A program made the translations under genes and the position numbers. Below, piece by piece: positions 1 to 8,060 of a DNA stretch of 64,000 nucleotides. Within the stretch, counting starts at the first letter, position 1; every line of letters starts with the position of its first letter. The stretch spans positions 97,705 to 161,704 of the forward strand of contig CBDDBZ010000027.1 of the NCBI GenBank assembly GCA_965225945.1. The letters are read 5' to 3'. The notes beneath the pieces were generated by a model that was not told the DNA's origin, did no database searches, and saw only the letters and a program-made list of their open reading frames with translations. The DNA is from Alphaproteobacteria bacterium (GTDB lineage Bacteria > Pseudomonadota > Alphaproteobacteria > GCA-2731375).

Positions 1-246
1 AGGAAGCCGGTCGGCATCGAAGCGACCCTGATCCCGCTTCGGGAGCGGACGGCGTGCACCTTGTTGAACGTCTCTCGGCTGGGCGCCAAACTCGCCATCG
101 GCGAGGCGGCCCATCTGTCCGTCGGCGACGAGGTCATGGTGTCGATCCCGGATTACGGCGATGTGGCGGCAACGGTCAGGAGAGTGAGCGAGGAGGACGT
201 CGGTCTGATGTTCCGAAAAGCCCTGACCGGCGTTCTGCCCGGCTAG
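1..246 (+). CDS. PilZ-domain protein, 5'-truncated by the window edge
   Basis: Frame open from base 1 (RKPVGIEATL...CTLLNVSRLGAKL...VGLMF); NxSxxG motif and beta-barrel pattern of PilZ domains. Confidence 0.7.
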   Translation, partial: RKPVGIEATLIPLRERTACTLLNVSRLGAKLAIGEAAHLSVGDEVMVSIPDYGDVAATVRRVSEEDVGLMFRKALTGVLPG

Positions 247-333
247 AGCATCGTCCAAGCTTAGCCGCATTTTCGCTGTTTCGAGAATGTGAAGAAGTAC
301 ACGTGACGCGTAGTGAAGGACTTTTTCATATAA

Positions 334-359
334 GAGAGGCGGCCCGAGGGCCGCCTCTC
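334..359 (-). terminator. Intrinsic terminator-like hairpin
   Basis: GAGAGGCGGCCC-GA-GGGCCGCCTCTC, a perfect 12-bp stem followed by a U/A-rich tract on the minus strand. Confidence 0.6.
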
Positions 360-400
360 CGTGTATGGGCCGTGCCGGCCCTGTGACGTGATCGTCTGCG

Positions 401-481
401 TCAGCGCTCGCGGTAGAGGTTGCTCCCTTGCCCGCGAACGGTGCCAGAGCCTAGGGTCACGGCACGCATATCACTCGACAT
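401..481 (-). CDS. Putative 26-aa small ORF (MSSDMRAVTLGSGTVRGQGSNLYRER) with an extended Shine-Dalgarno; may be an sRNA
   Basis: Preceded by GAAAGGAGGTGATCCA-ATG (482-497); terminator hairpin downstream. Confidence 0.45.
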   Translation of the reverse strand: MSSDMRAVTLGSGTVRGQGSNLYRER

Positions 482-578
482 TGGATCACCTCCTTTCCCT
501 TGTTGCATCATCGCGCGAGAGTATGCCCGGGTGCGGGCGAGAATGAAAGCCCCGACCGAGTTGATTTCGAGGCCTCGA

Positions 579-1418
579 TTACGGCAGTCCGGCGCCGGCC
601 ACGTCGACCTCGACCGCCTCGATTCGCCCCTGGCGCGCCTCGGCGGCGGCGGGCCCGCTCGCCCTGTTGGTGCAGATATAGAGCGTGCGGCGCGCCTCGC
701 CCCCCAGCATGCAAGCGTAGGAGCCACGCTCGCCGGTATCGATCCGGTGCGTGACCTCGCCCCCCTGGCGGACGCGAAAGGTTTCATTGCCGCGAGGATC
801 GGCGACCCAAATGGCGCCGTCGGCGTCGAGGCAGATGCCGTCGGGGTGATTGTCGCCGAGATCGGCCCAGAGCCGCTGGTTCGAAAGTCCGCCTTCGGCG
901 CCGATATCCCAGGCGGTGAGGCAGCGGCCAAACGTCTCGGCCACGACCAGGGTGGCACCATCGGGCGTGATCACCGAGCCGTTGGGGAACGCCAATCCCT
1001 CCGCCGCGATCCCGATCGCGCCGTCGGGGTCGACGCGGGCGAGATCGGCCGGCCGCTCCGCTTCGCCGCCGTGGCGGTCGTAGCCGAAATTACCGACATA
1101 GGCGCGACCGCCCCGGGCCACCACCATGTCGTTGCAGGGCCCGCCGGCTAGCCCTGAGAGGTCGCCATGGGTCGCCAGGCCGCCCCGCCCTAGGCGCAGC
1201 ACGCGTCGATCGAGCATGGCGACGATCAAGAGGTCTCCATCGGGGAGCCAGCCGAGCCCCGAGGGCTGATCCGGGACCTCGACGATGGTCTCGGTCCGGC
1301 CGTCCGGCGTCATGGCGATGACGCGATGGGAGTAAAAATCCGAGAACCAGAGGCGACCCTCGCGCCACCTCGGTGCCTCGGGAAAGGTCAAGCCATCGAT
1401 AACCACGCGAGGCTCCAT
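579..1418 (-). CDS. SMP-30/gluconolactonase/LRE family protein
   Basis: FPEAPRW, CNDMVV, FPNG and PDGICLDADG beta-propeller motifs. Confidence 0.92.
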   Translation of the reverse strand: MEPRVVIDGLTFPEAPRWREGRLWFSDFYSHRVIAMTPDGRTETIVEVPDQPSGLGWLPDGDLLIVAMLDRRVLRLGRGGLATHGDLSGLAGGPCNDMVVARGGRAYVGNFGYDRHGGEAERPADLARVDPDGAIGIAAEGLAFPNGSVITPDGATLVVAETFGRCLTAWDIGAEGGLSNQRLWADLGDNHPDGICLDADGAIWVADPRGNETFRVRQGGEVTHRIDTGERGSYACMLGGEARRTLYICTNRASGPAAAEARQGRIEAVEVDVAGAGLP

Positions 1419-1445
1419 GACATCCCTCCCCTCTCGGCTCGGGCC

Positions 1446-2615
1446 TCAGCCCCGATTGCCACCGTAGGCCTGGGTGAATAGGCGTCCCGCCGCGATACGG
1501 TCGTGCGAGAGGGCCGCGAAGTCGTCGTCGATTCGGCCGTCGAGGATCCAGCCGGCGAGCGCGCGCCCGGCCGCGGGCCCGAGCTTGAAGCCGTGCCCGC
1601 TGCCGCCCGAGCCGTCGACATAGCCCCGGATTTCCTCGCGCGGGCCATAGAACGGGTACCAGTCCGGCGTCACGTCGTAGAGCGCGGCGTAGGCGCCGAT
1701 CAGCCGCATGCCGGCGAAGGCGGGAAACCGCGCCTCTGTCCGCGACTGCACCTCGCGGATGAAATCATCGTCCGCGGTCATCTTATAATTACACGGATCG
1801 ACGTCCTGGTAGTCCTTCGGGAAACCACGCCCGATGACGAAGCGCCGCTCTCCCATCGGGCGAAGATAGATCGCGTCGACCGCGTTGGAAACGGCGCAGG
1901 TGGGGTGGGGGCGATCCTCGCGCAGCTCCCAGATCGTGTCCTGTTCCCGCACCGCGCGAAGCGGCAGCGAGAGGCCCGCGCCTTCCGCCAACGAGCGGGC
2001 CCAAGGGCCGGCGGCGTTGACCACCGTAGCGCAGCGGATTTCCTCGTCGTCGGTCTCGACGCCGACGATTTTCCCGCCCTCTCGCAGGAGGCGACGGACC
2101 GGTTGTTTTTGCCGGTAGGTACCGCCCGCCGCCCGGAAGCCCTCGACCAGGGCCTCGGTCGTGCGCACCGGATCGGCATATCCGCCGTCGACCTCGAAGA
2201 CGACGCGGTCGATCCCGTCCGTGGCGATTTCGGGCAGATACCTCGCGATCTCTTCCGTCCCGAGGAACCGCGTGTCGATGCCCACCTCGCGCTGCATGGC
2301 GATGTTGGCCTCGGCCGCCCGGGCGAGCTCCGCCGGCAGCAGGAAACACCAGCCGCTCGCCACGTAGCCGCCGTCGGAGCCCAGGGTTTCGGGCATGTCG
2401 CGGAAGATCTCGATGCTTTCCTTGGTCAGGCGGCTCAGCACGGGCGTGGAATAATGCTGGCGGATGATCGCGGCACTTCTGCCGGTCCCGCCCGCCGCCG
2501 GCGCCTCGCGCTCCACCAGAAGGACGGAGAGGCCACCCCGCTTCATCAGGTGAAAGGCCGTGGAGGCGCCGGTGATCCCGGCGCCGACGACCACGGCATC
2601 GAAGCGCTCGCTCAT
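1446..2615 (-). CDS. FAD-dependent oxidoreductase (DAO/sarcosine oxidase beta-like)
   Basis: GAGITG Rossmann motif, VVNAAGPWA, DVTPDW, GSGHGFKLGP. Confidence 0.9.
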   Translation of the reverse strand: MSERFDAVVVGAGITGASTAFHLMKRGGLSVLLVEREAPAAGGTGRSAAIIRQHYSTPVLSRLTKESIEIFRDMPETLGSDGGYVASGWCFLLPAELARAAEANIAMQREVGIDTRFLGTEEIARYLPEIATDGIDRVVFEVDGGYADPVRTTEALVEGFRAAGGTYRQKQPVRRLLREGGKIVGVETDDEEIRCATVVNAAGPWARSLAEGAGLSLPLRAVREQDTIWELREDRPHPTCAVSNAVDAIYLRPMGERRFVIGRGFPKDYQDVDPCNYKMTADDDFIREVQSRTEARFPAFAGMRLIGAYAALYDVTPDWYPFYGPREEIRGYVDGSGGSGHGFKLGPAAGRALAGWILDGRIDDDFAALSHDRIAAGRLFTQAYGGNRG

Positions 2616-2621
2616 GCCGTG

Positions 2622-4298
2622 TCAAGCCTCGACGGCACTGGGGCCGTATTCCCGGGCGAGATATTCGTCGGAAAACTTGCCGCTCTCGCGATCCTCCCGA
2701 ATGCGTTCGGCCGGGCGGGCGTCGGGGGGGCCATAGCCGCCGGCGCCCGGCGTCTCGATCCAGACGACGGCGCTGTCCGGCACCTCGAGCGAGGACGGCT
2801 TGTTGGCCAAGCGCTCTCGCCGTCCGTCGTCGTGCACGATTTCGATGCGACCCGTGCCCCCCGGGCGGCCACCGAACAGGCCCCACGGCGCATGGACGGA
2901 GCGCTCGGCCTGACCGGAGAAGGTAAGCACGTGATCGATGCCCCGATAGACCCGTCTCAAGCCGAGGCCGCCTCGCTGTTCGCCGGCGCCGCCGGAATCC
3001 TCGATCAGTTCGTACGCCTCGACCAGCAGGGGATATTCGTTCTCCAGCGCCTCGATCGGCAGGTTCGAGGTATTGGTGATGTGCACCTGGATGCCGTCGC
3101 TGCCGTCCCGGTAGGCGCGGCCGCCGGCGCCGCCACCGATCGTCTCGAGGTAGACGTAGTAGCGTCCCCCGGCACCGGTGCCGGAGAAGGTGGCGCAGCC
3201 GTTGGCGCCGTTGCCGGCGGCGATGATGCGCTCCGGCAGCGCGTCGGCCAGCGCGCCGAAGATGGCGTCGACGATACGCTGCGCGGTCTGCGCGCGGGCC
3301 GCCGTCGCGGCGGGAAAAGCGGCGTTGACGACGCTCGCCTCCGGCGCGGTGATGGTGACCGGTTCCAGCATGCCGTGATTGGTCGGCCCGTCGGGGTCGA
3401 CCAGTACCTTCAGGGCGTAGAGCACCGAGGCCTGGAGCCCGGCGTAAGAATTGTTCATGTTGCCCTGGACCTGCGGGCCGGAACCCGCGAAATCGAAGGT
3501 GATCTCGTCGTCCAACTTGGTGATCGTCACCTCGATGGGGATGTCGCGGGCGGCCAGCCCATCGTCGTCGAGATAGTCGCGGAAGTGATAGGTGCCGTCG
3601 GGAAGCTCGGCTATGCCCGCGCGCATGCGCCGGGCCACGGCCTCGATGATCTTGCCCGCCCCCTCGACGACATCGCCCACCGACCAGCGGCGGAAGAACT
3701 CGTCCAGGCGTCGGAGCCCGAGACGGTTGGCGGCGATCTGCGCCATGTAGTCGCCGCGCCGCTCCTCGGGCACACGCACGTTCAGCAGGATCATGGCGAG
3801 GATGTCGTCGACGATCTCGCCGTCTTGCACGATGCGGACCGGCGGGATGCGCAGTCCCTCCTGGAAGATCTCCGTCATGCCGCCGGCCATCGAGCCCGGC
3901 GCCATGCCGCCGATGTCGGCATGGTGGGCGATGTTGGAGACGAAGAGCACCAGCTCGCCCTGGTGGAATACCGGCGCCAGGATGGCGACATCCGGCAGAT
4001 GCGAGCCGCGCCCGACGAAGGGGTCGTTGGAGGCGAACATGTCACCGGGGCGCAAGCCGTCGCGACCGTGCACCTCCAACACCACCTCGGCCAGGCCGAG
4101 CATGGAGGCGAGATGCAGCGGCAGGCTGTCGCCCTGCGCCACGACGTGGCCCTCGGCGTCGAAGATCACCGTGGAATGGTCGTGGCGTTCCTTGATGTTG
4201 GTGGAGTAGGCGCTCTTCATCAGCGCCGCATACATCTCGTCGCAGATGCCGCCCAGGTTGTTGCGCAGCAGTTCGACCTCGATCGCGTTCAGGGCCAT
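2622..4298 (-). CDS. Hydantoinase B/5-oxoprolinase family protein
   Basis: SAYSTNIKERHD, NDPF-GSHLPD, HHADIGG, EGLRIPP, ETPGAGGYG motifs. Confidence 0.93.
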   Translation of the reverse strand: MALNAIEVELLRNNLGGICDEMYAALMKSAYSTNIKERHDHSTVIFDAEGHVVAQGDSLPLHLASMLGLAEVVLEVHGRDGLRPGDMFASNDPFVGRGSHLPDVAILAPVFHQGELVLFVSNIAHHADIGGMAPGSMAGGMTEIFQEGLRIPPVRIVQDGEIVDDILAMILLNVRVPEERRGDYMAQIAANRLGLRRLDEFFRRWSVGDVVEGAGKIIEAVARRMRAGIAELPDGTYHFRDYLDDDGLAARDIPIEVTITKLDDEITFDFAGSGPQVQGNMNNSYAGLQASVLYALKVLVDPDGPTNHGMLEPVTITAPEASVVNAAFPAATAARAQTAQRIVDAIFGALADALPERIIAAGNGANGCATFSGTGAGGRYYVYLETIGGGAGGRAYRDGSDGIQVHITNTSNLPIEALENEYPLLVEAYELIEDSGGAGEQRGGLGLRRVYRGIDHVLTFSGQAERSVHAPWGLFGGRPGGTGRIEIVHDDGRRERLANKPSSLEVPDSAVVWIETPGAGGYGPPDARPAERIREDRESGKFSDEYLAREYGPSAVEA

Positions 4299-4594
4299 TC
4301 ACCATTCCCTCCGTTGTCGCGGACGGATCTTAGGCCCCTCGGCCGGCCACGTCACGGCTCGGATGATGGCTGCCAGGCGGAGATTGGCGCTCACATTCTC
4401 CGCAATCCATACAATGATTGTTCCTTGCCTATCCGGTTATCACCCACACCCACTATATGTAGTGTGTCTCCTTGGACTGCAGGCAAGGGCCGGCGCAGGC
4501 GCATTGAGGAGGCGATCCGGCTAATTCTTGATTGTTCTGAAAACCGAACCGGAGTTTAATTCACGTCACGTACTTAACATCGGGGGACGGAACG

Positions 4595-4903
4595 GTGGCG
4601 ACCAAGGGAAAAACGAAGAAACCCACGGCCAGACGGGAAGCTGCTGATGAAACGACATCGTCTGAGCGATTGACGGCACTAGTCGAAGAAAGCGACGCGC
4701 TGGCACGAATCGTTGCGAAGAACCCGTCCGCGCCTGTTAGTCTCCTGCGCGTTTTGAGTCGCAGCGAAGACGAAGCGACACGCAAGAACGTGATCCTCAA
4801 TCCGTTTACTTCATATGACGTATTGAGCGAACTTGAAAACCAGTTCACAGAGCTATTTGTGAATAATCCGGCACTCGAATCCTACAATTCAATGAAGCTC
4901 TGA
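4595..4903 (+). CDS. Passenger ORF, leucine-rich-repeat-variant (LRV/HEAT-like) protein, possibly truncated
   Basis: Repeated xxVAxNPxxPxxLLxxL units (IVAKNPSAPVSLLRVL, NVILNPFTSYDVLSEL, FVNNPAL); lower GC than flanks. Confidence 0.6.
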   Translation: MATKGKTKKPTARREAADETTSSERLTALVEESDALARIVAKNPSAPVSLLRVLSRSEDEATRKNVILNPFTSYDVLSELENQFTELFVNNPALESYNSMKL

Positions 4904-5064
4904 TTTCCTGGAATATTCCATCGGTGTCGTTCACCTCCGATTTCAGATAAATTTCAATGAAGTGACGGTCCTTTATGCAACGTGGCGTTTTGCCAAATCC
5001 GACTCAATGATTAGGATTTCCACCACGCTAAAGTGTCGCCTAAAAGGCGCTACAATGCCGTCCG

Positions 5065-5162
5065 AGTCCCTGCTCGGCATCGCCGGAGATATCTCCGCTT
5101 CGACCTGCACCGAGCTTTACTCAGGAAAATGGGTGCACACTACATATAGTGGGTGTGGGTGA
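5065..5162 (+). pseudogene. C-terminal remnant of an IS1595 transposase inside the cassette
   Basis: SLLGIAGDISASTCTELYSGKWVHTTYSGCG aligns by eye with SLLGIAGDTSAPTYAELYSGEWRHPTCSGHGR at the C-terminus of the 62432-63451 transposase. Confidence 0.85.
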
Positions 5163-5242
5163 TAACCGGATAGGCAAGGATTGTTCTTGCGTGTGCGGAG
5201 AATGCATCCTAAATTCTCCGCATAAAAGGCGGAGAAAAACAC

Positions 5243-6343
5243 ATGTACATTTGGCAATTGCCAGACTGGCCTCGGTTCCACTGGGACCGGGAGGGGATGG
5301 GGATGGTTCTGGCGGAAGCCCGCCACGAACAAGGTCGGCTCATGGGCCGAATGGAAGCGCTCGGCTTTCGGCTGCGCGAAGAAGCACAGCTCGAGACGCT
5401 GACCCAGGACGTGGTGAAGTCGAGCGAGATCGAGGGTGAAATGCTCGACCCGGACCAGGTGCGCTCATCCATCGCACGACGTCTCGGCATGGACATCGGC
5501 GGCCTGAGACCGGCCGATCGGGACGTGGAAGGCATCGTCGACATGATGCTGGACGCAACGCACGCGTACCAAAAACCGCTGAGCGGTGAGAGACTATTTG
5601 CCTGGCACGCCTCGTTGTTCCCGACCGGGTACAGCGGAATGGCCAAAATCCGAGTTGGCGCATGGCGGGACGACAGCAGCGGTCCCATGCAGGTCGTTTC
5701 CGGCCCTCATGGCAAGGAACGCGTCCACTACGTCGCACCCCCCGAAGACCGGCTGGACCGTGAGGTCTCGGTTTTTCTGGATTGGTTCAATGACGAACAC
5801 GGCATCGACCCCGTCCTGAAGGCTGGCCTCGCTCACTTATGGTTCGTGACCCTCCACCCTTTCGACGACGGCAATGGCCGTATCGCGAGGGCGATTGCCG
5901 ACATGGCACTGGCGCGCTCCGAACGGAGCGCTCAGCGCTTCTACAGCATGTCGGCGCAAATAAGAATCGAACGGAACGCTTATTACAAGACGCTCGAAAT
6001 GAGCCAAAAAGGGACCATGGATGTGACGGATTGGCAGGAATGGTTTCTGGGCTGCCTCATGCGAGCCATTGCCGGCGCGGAGGACATGTTGGCCTCGGTT
6101 TTGTTCAAAGCACGCTTCTGGAATCGGTTCGCCACCGAAGCGCTGAACGAGCGTCAGGTCAAAGTTCTCAACCGGCTGCTTGACGAGTTCGAGGGCAAGC
6201 TCACATCTTCGAAATGGGCAAAACTCGCCAAATGTTCCCAGGATACGGCCTATCGTGACATTCTCGATTTGATCGGGCGGGGCGTGCTCAAAAAGAACCC
6301 CGGAGGCGGCCGCGCCACCAGCTATGACCTTGCCGACATCTGA
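5243..6343 (+). CDS. Fic family protein (DUF4172 N-terminus, Fic domain, C-terminal HTH)
   Basis: YIWQLPDWPRF N-terminus, SSEIEGE inhibitory-helix-like motif, HPFDDGNGRIAR Fic motif. Confidence 0.95.
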   Translation: MYIWQLPDWPRFHWDREGMGMVLAEARHEQGRLMGRMEALGFRLREEAQLETLTQDVVKSSEIEGEMLDPDQVRSSIARRLGMDIGGLRPADRDVEGIVDMMLDATHAYQKPLSGERLFAWHASLFPTGYSGMAKIRVGAWRDDSSGPMQVVSGPHGKERVHYVAPPEDRLDREVSVFLDWFNDEHGIDPVLKAGLAHLWFVTLHPFDDGNGRIARAIADMALARSERSAQRFYSMSAQIRIERNAYYKTLEMSQKGTMDVTDWQEWFLGCLMRAIAGAEDMLASVLFKARFWNRFATEALNERQVKVLNRLLDEFEGKLTSSKWAKLAKCSQDTAYRDILDLIGRGVLKKNPGGGRATSYDLADI

Positions 6344-6417
6344 TGGCTGCCTTGTCCCGGCTCGAGGATGGGACTAGAGACGACGAGATCGCCACGCCGG
6401 CCTAGGGACGCATCGCG

Positions 6418-8040
6418 ATGAACATGGCCTTCGAAACCGACCTCGACAGGAACCGCGCCAACTATCAGGCCCTGAGCCCGCTCGGCTTCCTCGACCGCGC
6501 CGCCGCCGTCCATCCCGAGCGTCCGGCGATCGTCCACGGTGCTCTCAGGCGAAGCTGGGCCGAGGTGGCGCGCCGTTGCCGACGCCTGGCCTCGGCGTTG
6601 GCCCAAAGCGGCGTCGCGCCCGGCGATACCGTCGCCCTGCTGGCGCCCAACGTGCCGGCGATGTACGAGGCGCATTACGGCGTGCCGATGACCGGCGCGG
6701 TGATCAACACCATCAATTACCGGCTCGACGCCGCCGCGATTCGCTTCATCCTCGAACACGGCGAGGCCAAGGTGCTGATCACCGATACGGAGTTCGCCGA
6801 GGTCGCGGCCCGGGCGCTGGAAGGGCTGACCAAGAAGCCGCTGGTGATCGACATCGCCGATTCCCTCGGCCCGGGCGGCGAGGCCCTCGGCGAGATCGAG
6901 TACGAGGACTTCATCGCCGAGGGCGAAGCGGATTACCAGGGGCCCGCGATCCTCGACGAGTGGAACGCCATCTCGCTCAACTACACCTCGGGCACCACGG
7001 GCAATCCGAAGGGCGTGGTCTACAGCCACCGAAGCACCTATCTGAACGCCGTCTGCAACGCCGTTTCCTGGAGCATGGGGCGCCATCCGATCTACCTCTG
7101 GACCCTGCCGATGTTCCACTGCAACGGCTGGTGCTTCCCCTGGACCATCGCCATGCTGGCCGGCACCAACGTCTGCCTGCGCCGCGTCGAGGCGGGCTCG
7201 ATCTTCGGGGCCTTCGCGGAACACGGCGTGACCCACCTCTGTGGCGCGCCGATCGTGATGCAGATGATCACCGATGCCCCGGCGGCGGAGCGGAGCGGCT
7301 TTTCTCAAGCGGTCTCGATGATGACCGCCGCCGCGCCGCCACCGGCGAGCGTGCTCGCGCGGATGGCGCGCGAGGGGATCGAGGTGACCCACGTCTACGG
7401 CTTGACCGAGACCTGTGGCCCCTCGGTGGTCTGCGAATGGCACCCCGAGTGGAGCGACCGCGAGATCGAGAGCCAGGCCCGTCTGAAGGCCCGCCAGGGC
7501 GTCGCTTATCACCTGCTACACGGCTTGATGGTCGCCGACCCGAAGACGCTGGAGCCGGTCCCGCGCGACGGCGAGACGATGGGCGAGGTCTTCATGCGCG
7601 GCAACATCGTGATGAAGGGCTACCTGAAGAACCCGGATGCCAGCCGAGAGGCCTTCGAGGGCGGCTGGTTCCACTCCGGCGATCTCGGCGTCTGGCACAC
7701 CGACGGCTATATCGAGCTGAAGGACCGCTCCAAGGACATCATCATTTCGGGCGGCGAGAACATCTCCTCGATCGAGGTCGAGGACGCGCTCTACCGGCAC
7801 CCCGCCGTGGCCGCCGTCGCGGTGGTCGCCCGGCCGGACGAGACATGGGGCGAGATCCCCTGCGCCTTCGTCGAGTTGAAGCCCGGCCAGAGCGCCGGCG
7901 AGGACGAGATCATCGCCTTCGCCCGCGACAACCTGGCCCGCTTCAAGTGCCCGCGCGCGGTCGTCTTCGGCGAGCTGCCCAAGACCCCGACCGGCAAGAT
8001 CCAGAAATACGTGCTGCGCGATCGGGCCCGCGAGGCCTAG
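6418..8040 (+). CDS. Acyl-CoA synthetase (AMP-forming)
   Basis: YTSGTTGNPKG, YGLTE, FHSGDLG, DRSKDIIISGGENISS, PKTPTGKIQK. Confidence 0.95.
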   Translation: MNMAFETDLDRNRANYQALSPLGFLDRAAAVHPERPAIVHGALRRSWAEVARRCRRLASALAQSGVAPGDTVALLAPNVPAMYEAHYGVPMTGAVINTINYRLDAAAIRFILEHGEAKVLITDTEFAEVAARALEGLTKKPLVIDIADSLGPGGEALGEIEYEDFIAEGEADYQGPAILDEWNAISLNYTSGTTGNPKGVVYSHRSTYLNAVCNAVSWSMGRHPIYLWTLPMFHCNGWCFPWTIAMLAGTNVCLRRVEAGSIFGAFAEHGVTHLCGAPIVMQMITDAPAAERSGFSQAVSMMTAAAPPPASVLARMAREGIEVTHVYGLTETCGPSVVCEWHPEWSDREIESQARLKARQGVAYHLLHGLMVADPKTLEPVPRDGETMGEVFMRGNIVMKGYLKNPDASREAFEGGWFHSGDLGVWHTDGYIELKDRSKDIIISGGENISSIEVEDALYRHPAVAAVAVVARPDETWGEIPCAFVELKPGQSAGEDEIIAFARDNLARFKCPRAVVFGELPKTPTGKIQKYVLRDRAREA

Positions 8041-8060
8041 GGCCGAGCGAGCCGACGGCG

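Larger units (their letters stand above)
4424..5178 (+). mobile_element. Non-autonomous IS1595-derived cassette (MITE/transporter-IS), copy 1
   Basis: Perfect 43-bp TIR CTTGCCTATCCGGTTATCACCCACACCCACTATATGTAGTGTG; 8-bp TSD GATTGTTC (4416-4423, 5179-5186); near-identical copy at 60693-61449. Confidence 0.95.
4376..5237. promoter_or_regulatory. Array of (T/G)GCGGAGA(A/T)(T/A) half-sites upstream of the Fic gene, split by the cassette insertion
   Basis: Half-sites at 4376-4385, 4395-4404 (inverted), 5194-5203, 5213-5222 (inverted), 5228-5237. Confidence 0.55.

Noticed and set aside
482-497. 16S rRNA gene suggested by GGATCACCTCCTTT
   Set aside because: Only 16 nt match; no other 16S conserved blocks upstream.
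1503-4559. 1018-aa + strand ORF and similar long ORFs (9602-11485, 12286-14883, 25255-27972, 29631-31856, 52300-53883)
   Set aside because: Antisense shadows of well-supported genes, which is common in high-GC DNA.
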